A stretch of 63,738 nt of DNA, the filler included, from Licmophora abbreviata (lineage: Eukaryota), in assembly GCA_900291995.1 (NCBI GenBank). It is 18 parts of 18 records of this genome, joined end to end, with 100 filler letters (N's around TTAATTAATTAA, not from the genome) between each part and the next. Parts side by side here need not be neighbours in the genome. Positions count along the whole stretch, not along the records: positions 41,868 to 43,335 come from OLMU01000997.1; positions 43,436 to 45,490 come from OLMU01000998.1; positions 45,591 to 46,888 come from OLMU01001000.1; positions 46,989 to 49,981 come from OLMU01001001.1; positions 50,082 to 51,339 come from OLMU01001002.1; positions 51,440 to 52,792 come from OLMU01001004.1; positions 52,893 to 55,066 come from OLMU01001005.1; 11 more parts are not named here. One strand, 5' to 3'. Positions 42,807 through 54,321 of this stretch are shown here, in pieces. The notes below the pieces were generated by a model. The model saw only the letters and a program-made list of their open reading frames with translations, had not been told where the DNA came from and ran no database searches. Each line of letters opens with the position of its first letter. Position 1 is the first letter of the stretch. Position numbers and translations under genes: made by a program.

Positions 42807-43880
42807 ATGTCCGACATTTCACCGCGCCTTTCCCTTCCCTTCCTGATGCCCTCGCAGGCCCAGAAACACGTCACCCACAACGAAGCGCTGGAGCGGCTTG
42901 ACGCTCTGGTCCAACTCAGCGTTCAGGCCTTCGACACTCTCCAGCCCCCCGCCTCGCCCGGCTTGGGCGAAATTCATGCGATCGGGACCGGTGCAAGTGA
43001 CGCATGGGCTGGCCGCGAAGGGCAACTGGGCCTTTTCACAGAGACCGGCTGGAGCTTCATACCCCCGCAGCAAGGCTGGCGCGCATGGGGCGTGACCGAG
43101 GGCGAATTGAGGGTCTATTCCGGTGGAATATGGCTTTCTGTCATGCCTCCCCTGCAAAATCTGGACGGTGTCGGGATCGGCACGTCATGGGACAGCACGA
43201 ACCGCCTGTCGGTCGCCTCGGGCGCCTCGCTGCTCAGCCATGCGGGCGGCGGTCACCAGCTCAAGGTCAACAAGGCCGACACCGGCGATACCGCCAGCCT
43301 CCTGTTCCAGTCCAACTGGTCGGGTCGCGCCGAAANNNNNNNNNNNNNNNNNNNNNNNNNNNNNNNNNNNNNNNNNNNNTTAATTAATTAANNNNNNNNN
43401 NNNNNNNNNNNNNNNNNNNNNNNNNNNNNNNNNNNCGAAATGGGCCTGACCGGCGACGATGATTTCCGCATCAAGGTCAGCCCCGATGGCGCCAGCTTCC
43501 ATGACGCGATGCAGGTGCGCAGCGCGGATGGCGTGGCCCTGATCCCCTGCCTGATGAGCGGCAAGGTCAGCATCACGATCGACAGCGTGGTCAGCATCCC
43601 GACACCGGGCGCGGGCGGGTTGATCGCCGTCTCGATGGTGGACACGGCTTATCCCCAGACACCCCATGCTGGCCTGTTTTCGTATGATACAGGCCCGTCG
43701 CTGTCTCTGCTGACACTGGCCAAGGGCGCCAGCCTCGAGGATCACGGCACCACGGCCCTGACCGGTACGACCGGCACCAACGGGCGCAGTTCGATTGCCG
43801 TCACGGATGGTGCAATCCTTCTGGAAAACCGCCACGGCCCCGAACGCTTCTATGCCTATACGTTCCTGAACACGTTCTGA
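42807..43880 (+). CDS. DUF2793-domain protein, split by linker
   Basis: LPFLMPSQAQKHVTHNEALERLD, WSFIPPQQGW, GHQLKVNK, SGRAE|MGLTGDDDFRIKVSPDG; both contig ends carry cgaaa, suggesting a short overlap. Confidence 0.85.
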
Positions 43881-44029
43881 CCTGCCGCCTTGCGGCTCCG
43901 GCCCACACCCTGAGGGCCGGGGCAACGCCGCGCCCTTGTCGACATCGAAACCTTACGGCGCAAACAGTGCCGATCCCGTTCCTCTCGCAGCCTTTGACAA
44001 AGACCGCAGGAGGGGCAGCAGATCGGCGG

Positions 44030-46315
44030 TCATGACGCTTTGCTTTCCGACAAGCGTGCCCGCAATCTCAGGCTGTCCAGCGCCATGAGTCGGCTGGCCT
44101 GCTCTGTGCGCAAGCGCGGGGTGATCTGCCCCGCCACCTCTTCCCGCTCCCGCCTGTGCCTCAGCGCCGCATCACCGCCGGGTTCCAGACGCTCTCCAAG
44201 GGCACGTCCCACAAGCTCTTCGATCTCCGGGATCGGCGCTGCCGCCGCCCGGTCCAGATCTTCAGCAAACCAATAGGGTGGGTACAGCACCTTGTTGGTC
44301 ACCGGACGCGCGTGAAAGCGATAGTGCTGGGTGAAATCCTCATTGGCCATGTAATCCAGCCAGACACCCGCGCGCTCGCGGATATCCAATGCCACCATCG
44401 CCGGTTTCTCGAACCGCAGATACGCCTCGTAATCGGCGCGGTCCTTGGGCACCACATGCCCGATGGGATAATCGACGGGCGCGAAATCCCCGCACAACAC
44501 CGCGGGAATGCCCATCAGCCCCAGTTCGATTGCCGTCGTTCCATTATAGATCAGCCCCAGATCCATCCGCTCTCGCATGTCGTGCATGTCGAACCAGCGA
44601 TGCCCCAGAAACAGCACGTTCTCGGACATGGGCGCATCGATCAGATCTCGGAAATACTCCGTCGGAAAGGTCGCAATCTCGTTGTTCAACTCATGCGGAT
44701 GCGGCTTTATCAGCAGCAGCGTATCAGACCCCTCTACCGCGCGAACCGAATGGTTGATCCAATCCTTCATGCTGCGATGAGCCGGCCCGCCATCATGCGG
44801 CACCCCGCTGTCACACACCACCTTGCCAAAGGCGCAGGCCAGTTTGCCGCCCCTTGCGCGCCATGCCGCGATCCTTGCATCCGCCTCTGCCGCCTCGGGC
44901 GCCCGGGTCTTGAGGCCCACGGTCGAGCGTGTGACCTTCGTGATCCCCGCGAACCTCTCCATGATCTGCGGAATGCGCGCCGTGTTCTCTGCGTAATAGG
45001 CCTCGAAATACTCGGGGATCGGAAAACTGGCCGACCGCAGCCTGGGCACTTTCGTCATGTTCCGCAGCACAAAGCGGTGCGAGATGTTGGTCGAGAAATT
45101 GCTGAAGTAATTCTGATAGCCATTCGCGGCATGCAGGAAAAAGAACGTCTCCGGATCGCCGCGCGCGGCACAATAGAACCGAAACAGCGCATCGGGCATC
45201 CGGCTGTTGAACAGCGACATGCAGGCCGTCTTGCACCCCGTGAGATCATGCTGACCCTTGGCATGCTCCAGAACCCGACCGATCGCCGCGCTCCAGCTCA
45301 TCAGCCGACCGATGTAATGCTGCAATTCCGGGCAAGCCCAGTTGATGCTGTATCGCCGCCGGTTGATCGCCGCATCCTCCCAAACGGCATGCGACAGGTC
45401 CATCTCGCCCCATCGCAGGGTGCCCGTGGACGGATCGGCCACGAAATCCGTAAGCTCCGGCATCGCCCGTTCCGCCGCCTGCGACAGCTTNNNNNNNNNN
45501 NNNNNNNNNNNNNNNNNNNNNNNNNNNNNNNNNNTTAATTAATTAANNNNNNNNNNNNNNNNNNNNNNNNNNNNNNNNNNNNNNNNNNNNGCCGCTCCTG
45601 TAGCGCTTTTTCCTTGAAGTCTCCCGCAAGTGGCGGCGCTGCCTCGCGATCCGGCGGGCATCCTGGGCTGGGGATCCTCGCTCCAATCCATCGACTCCCG
45701 CGCGATCAGGTCGACGACACGCCAGGACTGCTCCAATATCCGGCGCCGCTTTTCCATCAAAGCGGGCGGCGCAGCATTTGGCGTGTCGATCTCTTGCAAA
45801 AGACGGTGGGCCGCCTGACGATAGTCCCCCTGCATCGCCTCGCAGAGCGAAATCAGATGGCTGAGATAGGCGCTCTCCCTGAACCGTTTCCGGGCCTGTC
45901 GCGCGCTTTCAAGAAGCCTTTTTCGACCCTCTTCCGTCACAAGCTGCCGTGCGATCATCTGCCCGGCCTTGAACTGGATCGTCAGATGCGTGCGCTCCAT
46001 CTCGGCCATCACGATCAGAAGACCGGTGTAATCCCGCCTCTCGATCAACGGCACCACCAGTCGCCGCAAGCGTCTCGCCCGCAACTGCGCCGCCATCTGC
46101 TCGCGCCCCCGATGTTCCGCGGCAATGGCGCGCAGATGCATCACCCGCAAGTCATCCGGATAAAGCCGCGCCACAACGCCCAGCATACACGCCGCCGCGC
46201 CATGATGCCCGGCATCCAGACACTGCCGACCCAGTTGCAATGGCGCGGCCAACAACAGTTTTCGGACAAGACGACGGTCCCTGAGCGGCTTCACGTGGTT
46301 TTGCGGATCACTCAT
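44030..46315 (-). CDS. Large uncharacterised protein with C-terminal capsule-synthesis/GT-B-like domain, probably one gene split by linker
   Basis: 44030-45490 has LLIKPHPHE and NGTTAIELGLMGIPAV; 45591-46315 is a helical N-terminal part on the same strand, open into the gap. Confidence 0.55.
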
Positions 46316-46358
46316 CACATTTCCAGATATGGACGCGCTCGCCTCGGCCGATCGCAGG

Positions 46359-47505
46359 TCACTGACTGTCAAGCAAGTCCCATGTCACAGGCGTTCCGCG
46401 CGTGACATCGCGGCCCACCTTGCGTCCCAGCAGCGCCTCGTAATGGCGCGGCGCAAGCCCCAGACCGGGCCTGATGCGCCGCAAGCTCCGGGGCGACAGC
46501 ACATCGCCCGCCTTCATGTCCTCACCGATATAAAGCGAGCGCCGCTTGCGCCGGCCCGGCTGTTCGGCCTCGGTCCCGCCGAACCGAACCTCCCCCATGG
46601 CCTGTGCTGCGCGGGTGGTTTCCTCCACCAATGCGCGGAAGTCGTCCGGCTCCAGCGAAAAGGCACTGTCCACGCCGCCCTCGGCCCGATCGAGGGTGAA
46701 ATGCTTTTCGATCACGCTGGCGCCCAACGCCGTGGCCGCCACCGCAACGCCAATACCAAGGGTATGATCGGACAAGCCGTAATTCACCCCAAAGCTCTGC
46801 CCGATCACCGGCATCGTCACCAGATTGCTGGCCTCCGGGCGGGCAGGATAGCTCGAGGTGCATTTCAGCAAGGTCAGATTGGGGCACCNNNNNNNNNNNN
46901 NNNNNNNNNNNNNNNNNNNNNNNNNNNNNNNNTTAATTAATTAANNNNNNNNNNNNNNNNNNNNNNNNNNNNNNNNNNNNNNNNNNNNCCGCCTCGCCGA
47001 TCTCCGACAGGCTGGCCATGCCGGTGGACATGATGATCGGCTTGCCCGTTTCAGCGACGCAGCGGATCAGCGGCAGGTCCACCAGCTCGAAGGACGCAAT
47101 CTTGTAGACCGGCGCATCGAGCCGTTCCAGCAGCTCGACCGGCTCCTCGGAAAACGGGGTCGAAAACGCTAGGATACCCCGCTCTCTGGCCCTTTCGAAG
47201 ATCGGCCCATGCCATGCCTCGGGGGTCATCGCCTCGGCATAAAGATCGTACAGGCGCCGCCCATGCCACAGCGATTTGGGGTCGGTGATGGTGAACTCGC
47301 CCTCTTGCAGATCCAGTGTCATGCTGTCGGGTGTGAAGCTCTGTATCTTCAGGGCATCCGCCCCGCTCGCCGCCGCCGCATCGACGATCTCCAGCGCACG
47401 GTCAAGCGACTGATTGTGATTGCCCGACATCTCGGCAACCACGAACGGTGCGCCCGTATCGGCGACACCGTAGGTTCCGGCCAGATACTGTCTCAGCGTC
47501 GGCAT
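46359..47505 (-). CDS. pseI: Pseudaminic acid synthase, split by linker
   Basis: AEMSGNHNQSL, YKIASFE, MSTGMA, then LKCTSSYP, GLSDHT, EKHFTL, GGVDSAFS, SAF domain IRPGLGL. Confidence 0.92.
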
Positions 47506-48440
47506 GCCATATCCTCTTCGATGATGGCGCCACAGGCCAGCATCACCTTGCGCATATCCTGCAAGCCGGCCTCCAGATCATAGACCGGTCTCCAGCCCAG
47601 ATCGCGCACCGCACGATCCAGCGCCATGATGCAGCGATCAGGGCGGCCTTTGCTGTCGGTCTTGTCGATCAGATTGCCCATGTTGCCGTGGATGACATTC
47701 ACCGTCTCGGCGATCCGCCGCACCGGCAACGCCGCGCCACCCCCGATATTGCAGATACCCGTCACCTCCGGATGGCGCAGCGCCGCGAGAATCGCGGCGG
47801 TGGCGTCGCGCACATAGATCTGGTCGATCGCGGTGTCGGGATGGCCCGTCACCATGATCGTTTCGCCCGCCAGTGCCTGATCCACAAAGCGCATCATAAC
47901 GGGCGTGTCCTTTTCGCCATGGCCGTAAACCGACGCCAACCTCAGCGCCACGGAAGACGGACCCCCGGCGCGGGTCAGCATGCCAAGATGCGCTTCGGCC
48001 ATCAGCTTGGACGTGGCATAGGCGTTGATCGGCTGCACGCTCGTGCCTTCATGACAGGGCTGCGGCTGGTTACGGCCATAGACCGCGATGGTCGATGCCA
48101 GCACGATCCGCCGCACACCCGCCTGCCGGGCCGCGGCGACCAGATCGCCGATCACCGCCACATTCGGCTTCTGAAAGGGCGTCATATCATCGGGATCGTC
48201 TTGCCGTGTCATCCGGCGCCCCGCCAGATGCACCACGGCCTCGGCCCCTTCCAGCGCCTTTGCCAGACTGTCTCGCGAATAATCCGTCTGCCGTTCCACA
48301 GCCGCCTGTGGCGCCCCCCGACCCAAGCGCAGCGGCTTGTATCCCGCTGCCTCCAGATCCTCGCAAAGATAGCGCCCGATAAACCCCGACGCTCCGGTAA
48401 CGGCAACCTTGCCGCCCGCAACACATCCATCCACACTCAT
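47493..48440 (-). CDS. NAD-dependent epimerase/dehydratase
   Basis: TGASGFIG, YATSK, VYGHG, IYVRD. Confidence 0.88.
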   Translation of the reverse strand: MSVDGCVAGGKVAVTGASGFIGRYLCEDLEAAGYKPLRLGRGAPQAAVERQTDYSRDSLAKALEGAEAVVHLAGRRMTRQDDPDDMTPFQKPNVAVIGDLVAAARQAGVRRIVLASTIAVYGRNQPQPCHEGTSVQPINAYATSKLMAEAHLGMLTRAGGPSSVALRLASVYGHGEKDTPVMMRFVDQALAGETIMVTGHPDTAIDQIYVRDATAAILAALRHPEVTGICNIGGGAALPVRRIAETVNVIHGNMGNLIDKTDSKGRPDRCIMALDRAVRDLGWRPVYDLEAGLQDMRKVMLACGAIIEEDMACRR

Positions 48441-49576
48441 GACCACGGCCTCACATAATACCCGACAACGTCGAGCGATCCGTTCACCGCACGGATTCGC
48501 TCACCGTCACCATAACGAAACTCGTGGTATATGGCATCGTCGGGAGGTGGAAAATTACCGCTGTCAAAGATCGTGCCCGGCGGCGCCTGCTGGAACATCA
48601 GCTCCATGACGGGACGGCCCTGCCGGTCTGCTTCGGGTGCTGCTTCTATCTCGTTCGGGAGTCCAGACACGGGCGCCTCGCCGGTCAGGCATGTCACCAT
48701 CATGTCCAACAGGTCCACGCCCCGCGCCAGCGCGATCAGCCGCCACATATGGCAGCCGTCGAGCCTTGGGGCGATCTCAACGATTCGCGGCCCGTCCCGT
48801 GTCACGATCATCTGTACATAAAGCGCCCCGTCCGGATGGCCCATGACCGTCAGGATACGCCCCACCAGATCATGCGCCGCCTCCTGATCCGCCTCAGACA
48901 CGGCAACCGGCGGCACCAGATGGCCGCGCGGCACCCCCATCGCGGGCGCTTGATGCACCAGCCGCTCGGACAACACCTGCAACCGGACCTCACCACCCGC
49001 TATCAGCAGGTTGCACGACAGTTCCACGCCGTCCAGAAACGCCTCGATGATCGCACATCCACTGCGCGACAGCGCGCGGACCAGCGCCGCCGCCAAGGCG
49101 TCTGGCTCATCGACCCGCTCGACACCTCTCTGGCCCTGCGCATCCACCGGCTTCACGACACAGGGAAACTGCCTCCAGCCCTCGGCCTCCTCAAGCCTGC
49201 GCACGCGCCGGAAAGGCACAGCACCCAGCTCATGCTCGGCCAGAAACGCGCGCAGCGCCGCCTTGTCATCCAGCAAGTCGACAAAGGCGCTGTCGTGGAA
49301 ATGCGGCAAACCCAGCCTCTCGGACAAGGCCACGACCGACCGCATCGCCACATCCGAGGCCACCGACAGGATCAGATCCACCGCGTGCCGCCGCGCCACT
49401 GCCTCCAGCGCCTCCAGATCGGAGATATCGACCGGCTCCACCACATCGCAAAAGCGCTGGCCCACCTCATCGGGTACCGGCGAACAGCCGATCACGTGCC
49501 AGTGCCGCGCGCGCATATGCCGGATGAGATCGGCCTGCCCCGCATTCGTCCCCAGAACAAGGATAGACCGGCTCAT
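48437..49576 (-). CDS. ATP-grasp domain protein
   Basis: DKAALRAFL, PCVVKPVDAQGQRGV, IIEAFLDGVELS, IVEIAPRLDG. Confidence 0.88.
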   Translation of the reverse strand: MSRSILVLGTNAGQADLIRHMRARHWHVIGCSPVPDEVGQRFCDVVEPVDISDLEALEAVARRHAVDLILSVASDVAMRSVVALSERLGLPHFHDSAFVDLLDDKAALRAFLAEHELGAVPFRRVRRLEEAEGWRQFPCVVKPVDAQGQRGVERVDEPDALAAALVRALSRSGCAIIEAFLDGVELSCNLLIAGGEVRLQVLSERLVHQAPAMGVPRGHLVPPVAVSEADQEAAHDLVGRILTVMGHPDGALYVQMIVTRDGPRIVEIAPRLDGCHMWRLIALARGVDLLDMMVTCLTGEAPVSGLPNEIEAAPEADRQGRPVMELMFQQAPPGTIFDSGNFPPPDDAIYHEFRYGDGERIRAVNGSLDVVGYYVRPWS

Positions 49577-50589
49577 GCCATCGCCCTTTCCAAAAGCGCC
49601 GAAATCAGCCGCTCCACCCCTCGTCCATCCACCGCTTGCCGGCCTTTCACCGCCATCGCCTCGCGCTGACTGTCAGCCCGGATCAGAGACGAAACCGCCT
49701 CAAAAAGCGCTTCAGGCCCAACATCCGCAATCCGCCCCAGATAAGGCGCACCGGTCAGCGCCTGCCAGCCAAGGCAGGGCCGCTCCTGATTTGCGGCAAG
49801 CGCCAGCGTTACCATCGGCAGCCCACAGATCGCCGCCTCATAACTCATCGTGCCGCCGCCGATCACCGCCAGATCACAGCCCGCCATAAGCCCCGGCATA
49901 TCCTCAGGACCCACATGCAACTCCACCTGCCCGGGTCCCATCTCGGCCACCGCCCGCTCCACGGCGGCGCGTCCCGGATTGNNNNNNNNNNNNNNNNNNN
50001 NNNNNNNNNNNNNNNNNNNNNNNNNTTAATTAATTAANNNNNNNNNNNNNNNNNNNNNNNNNNNNNNNNNNNNNNNNNNNNCGCGGCGCCTTACCACCTG
50101 ACGAAACCCGCGCCGCAGCACCGCATGGGCCGGGCCGAACAGGGTCTGCACCCGCTCGGGCCTCTCCAGCCTCTGCAGATACGCGGAACGCCGCTCGAGC
50201 GGGCCGGCATTGACCAGCACATCACAGCAAAACCGCCAGTCGCAGCTGGCATCGAACTGTTGCAGCCACCGCAAACCACCCGCCTTCAGCACCTTCTGAA
50301 ATGCTGGATCGGCCCGATAATCGTCAATCACCGCATGGCGCGTGCCAAGCCGGTCGCACAGCGCCACCACCCTTGCCGCGTCGCGCGCCGATCCCTGCCG
50401 GTCTTCAACCGCCTGCCAGTGCTGGAACAGATCGCTATCCTCGGCCAGCCGCAGCCCCTCTGCGGGCCCGATCATCGCCGAGCCGATGCCCTGATCCCGC
50501 AAATGTCGCGCCATCTCGCGGCAGCGCATCACATGGCCCAGCCCCACGCCCTCACCGCTCTGGCAGCGAAAGACGACCCAGCGGCTCAT
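49573..50589 (-). CDS. pseG: UDP-sugar hydrolase PseG-like, split by linker
   Basis: GVGLGHVMRC, VIDDY, then MPGLMAGCDLAVIGGGTMSYE, ANQ, VDGRG. Confidence 0.85.
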
Positions 50590-51308
50590 GGCTTGGTCCC
50601 GGCGGGACGCAACCGCTCGAAAAGCGTCTCTGCAAAGGCCCAATCTTCGGGTGTGTCGATATCCTGCGCCCTGTCGCGCGGGATCATGCAGGGCAGCGAA
50701 CGGGGCGAAAACATCGGCGCATCCTCCATGAACGCATCGCGCCGACCCCAATAGAACATCCCGGCATCGTGAAACGCCTCCGGCAAATCCTGTGTCCGGG
50801 ACCGCGCATGCTCGGGCAAGATCATCCGCACACCGCCGGTACCCCTGAGCTGCAAGGCCCGGTGCACCGGATGCGCATACCCCACGGCGGCAAACACGAA
50901 ATCCAGCGCAGGCCGATCCGCCAGCATCTCGAACCCGCGCCTCAGATCCTCGGCGCGCAGCATCGCGGCGGTGGCATAGATGCAGCAGGCCATGGTCACC
51001 GGCCTGTCATGCCGCGCCTCGGCATCGGCAATCGCATGGGTGATGACGCCGCGCGTCGGTGTCAGATCACCGGACAAATAGGCTGGCCTTCGAAACGGCA
51101 CCAATGCACCGGCATTTTCGGCGACAGACGCAATCTCCTCATCATCGGTCGAGACGATCACCTCGTCGAACAGCCCCACCTCCAGTGCCGCGGCAATCGG
51201 CCAATGGATCATCGGGCACCCGCCGAAGGGCTTGATGTTCTTGCGCGGAATACGCTTGCTGCCGCCGCGCGCCGGAACGATCGCGATCTGCAAAAAAGCC
51301 CCTGTCAC
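50586..51308 (-). CDS. pseF: Pseudaminic acid cytidylyltransferase
   Basis: PARGGSKRIPRKNIK, VSTDD, CCIYATA, RTQDL, HDAGMFYWG, DIDTPEDW. Confidence 0.9.
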   Translation of the reverse strand: MTGAFLQIAIVPARGGSKRIPRKNIKPFGGCPMIHWPIAAALEVGLFDEVIVSTDDEEIASVAENAGALVPFRRPAYLSGDLTPTRGVITHAIADAEARHDRPVTMACCIYATAAMLRAEDLRRGFEMLADRPALDFVFAAVGYAHPVHRALQLRGTGGVRMILPEHARSRTQDLPEAFHDAGMFYWGRRDAFMEDAPMFSPRSLPCMIPRDRAQDIDTPEDWAFAETLFERLRPAGTKP

Positions 51309-51439
51309 ACTCGGGTTCCTCTCGACACGCTTGCCGGTCNNNNNNNNNNNNNNNNNNNNNNNNNNNNNNNNNNNNNNNNNNNNTTAATTAATTAANNNNN
51401 NNNNNNNNNNNNNNNNNNNNNNNNNNNNNNNNNNNNNNN

Positions 51440-51843
51440 AGCATGTGCAGCCCCGCCCTGCGACCATGTTTCGGCAAGCGGTCCTCGCGCCAACCCGCGA
51501 CAAAACTCAGATCGGGCCGCGATTGCAGATGCGTCGCCAGCGCCAAAAGCCCCTCGGGCCGCAACACCATGTCATCATCGGCAAAGACCACCAGATCGGT
51601 CTCGGCCGTCTCCAACGCGATATTGCGGCTTTGCGACAGGCCCAGTCCCTCGACCTCCAGAACGTGCAGATCGCCGCGCCCGCAAAGCTGCCCCGAAAGC
51701 GTGTGCCCGTCCGGTGCCTGCACCACGAGGAGATACTGCAGTCGCTCCACAGGGTCCGGCAGCGCGATCCCGCGCAGCCTCGATCCCATCGTCGCGATGG
51801 CAACCGTCAACTCGTTCCTGTCATCCGGCAAACGATTGCGCAC
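51440..51843 (-). CDS. GT2-family glycosyltransferase, 3'-truncated
   Basis: TVAIAT, GLSQSRNIAL, VFADDD. Confidence 0.75.
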
Positions 51844-51946
51844 TCATAACCCGATCATCACTGGCATGTTCAACCCTGAATGGTCTTTTTTCGCAGGTGG
51901 CGCAGATTCGGTCAATCTTCGGCCCATGCTCCGGCACAGCACCGGG

Positions 51947-54196
51947 TCACAGGAACTGGATGTTGTCCGCAAGATCGCCCAGACCCAGATAGAGGGTCAC
52001 CTCGATGATATCGCCACTCCCGAAATCCAGCGTCACCGTGCCATCGCCAAAGCTGGCATGACGATCCAGCACCGTCTGCGGCGTGGCCGGGCCATCCACC
52101 AGCGCCGCATCCAGCATCAGGATGTCATGCGCCGCCTCGAAATCCAGAATTGCGTCCCGGTCATCCCCCCGCCGAAAGATGAACTCATCCGCAAGGCTTC
52201 CGCCCCGCATCGTGTCGTTTCCGGGTCCTCCCTCGATCACGTCCAGCCCTTGTGACCCCTGGATCACATCATTGCCCGGCCCACCGCGAAGCGTATCGTT
52301 CCCTGTCGCCCCAAAGAGACTGTCATTGCCCGATCCGCCCTCAAGCAGATCCGATCCAAGATTACCGAAAATCGCATCATGCCCGTCACCTCCGTATAGG
52401 AAATCAAATCCGAACCCTCCCGACAGCGTGTCATCGCCTGCCTCGCCGTACAGATCGTCCTGCCCTTCGCTGCCCAGAAGACTGTCATCGCCATCCCCCC
52501 CGAACAGCGTGTCCCAACCGGTGCGCCCGATCACCGTGTCGTTGCCCGCATCTCCGTACACCACATCCACGCCGTTACCCGGACTGATCCAGTCATCCCC
52601 GTCACCGCCATAAATCAGATCGACCCCGGTATTGCCCAACAGCCGGTCATTCCCCGACCCGCCATAAAGCGTATCCGCCCCGATCCCCCCGGCCAGCGTG
52701 TCATGACCCGCCTCGCCGAACAGCAAATCGATCGAACTCAGCCCCTCCAGACTGTCATTGCCATCGCCGCCATAAAGGCTGTCGGCCCCTGTNNNNNNNN
52801 NNNNNNNNNNNNNNNNNNNNNNNNNNNNNNNNNNNNTTAATTAATTAANNNNNNNNNNNNNNNNNNNNNNNNNNNNNNNNNNNNNNNNNNNNATCCGCGC
52901 GCCATCGCTCAGCGTCTCGAGCCCGATCTGCAGCGTCGAATACAACCCCTCCCAATCCGACAGATCCACCCGGTCCTGTCCCGGCGCAAACCCCCGGATC
53001 TCGTCCGGCGCGCCATCCTGCACCAGCACGAACAGATCGGCACCCGCTCCACCAATCAGCGTATCGGCCCCGCCCCCATCCCAGATCAGCCCGCCATCAG
53101 CCCCGATGCCCAGCACATCGGCGCCCTCGGTCCCGATGACCACCTCCCGACCGGGCAGCAGCGGCGCGGAAAGCAAGCTCAGCCCCGCCTCCCGCTCCGA
53201 GCTCGCCACCACATGCAACGCACCCCCAAACACCGTCAGCGCCACCGCATTGGGGTTGTTCAGGCCCAGCGCCCGGGTGTCCGACACCGTATCAAGATGC
53301 ACCATCCGCCCATTGGGCAAGAGCTGCAGCAGGCTCAACCCGTCATCGGCGCCCCCGGCCAGCACATAAACCTGCCCCTCATGGCGGAGTGTCTGCAACA
53401 CGCTGATCCCGCCGAACCGGGTCTGGCGATCATCCAGCGTGCTCTCCACAAGGGTCAGCGCACCGCTTCCCGTAACCTCCAGCACACTGATCGCACCCGC
53501 CTCGAAACTGCCCGCCAGCAGAAAATCCCGCCCCTCCAAAGTGACCGTCTCGAGCAGGGTGGGCCGGAAAGAAACGCCCTCCTCTTCGATCCCCAGCGAG
53601 GCGCGCCGGGTCAGCCCGCCCTCGGCGGTGACCTCAAAGGCGCTGATCCCGGACTCCTGCTGCGAGGCGACAAAAACCATAGTGCGCCCCGACAAGGTCT
53701 GCACCGCAGCCAAGGCAATCGGCCCCGCAAGGTACGCCTCATCGCTGTCCGCCATCTGCGACACCTGCACGAGCCCCCCCGAAGGCTCTCGCCGCAACAC
53801 CGACAGCCCGCTGCCATCCGGCACGGCGGCGACCATATAGGCCGTGCCATTCACCGGCGTCGCCACCAGATGCACCAGATCACCGTAATGCCCACTTTGT
53901 GCGGAATAGAGACTGATCTTGTCGCCAAACTCCTGCAACCGGTCGAGCTCCTCGGTCAGCAACCGGAACTGCCGACCGGCGATCACCGACGCGACATAAG
54001 CCTCGGCGCGCATCTGTGCCGCCACAAAAGAAAACTGCCCCGTCTCGGTCAGCCGCCAGATGCCTTGGGACAGCCCCATGCCCCCCAGAACCGAAATCCC
54101 GAGATCCGCCCCAAGCGGCGAAAACACCAGGGTCGGCATGATGCCCGAATGCAGACCATCAGCACCCGGATCATGCGTCTGTTGCGTAAACTCCAT
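51947..54196 (-). CDS. Calcium-binding RTX-repeat protein with N-terminal propeller-like region, split by linker
   Basis: Many GGxGxDxLx nonamers at 51947-52792 and GGAGADLF...DRVDLS near 52960-53100; that both pieces are one gene is inferred. Confidence 0.75.
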
Positions 54197-54321
54197 CGCA
54201 GGTCTCCCACCACCAACGATGGAATCCTGTCAAAGGGCTGGGTCACCGGCCTGAAACTCTCGCGGCAAAACCGTGGCGTTCGCTTGCGATTTTCGTCAAC
54301 TTGTCGCGGATCAGACCTGCG

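Noticed and set aside
51947..52792. Periodic nucleotide repeats
   Set aside because: Explained by RTX nonapeptide coding repeats; not CRISPR or a DNA-level array
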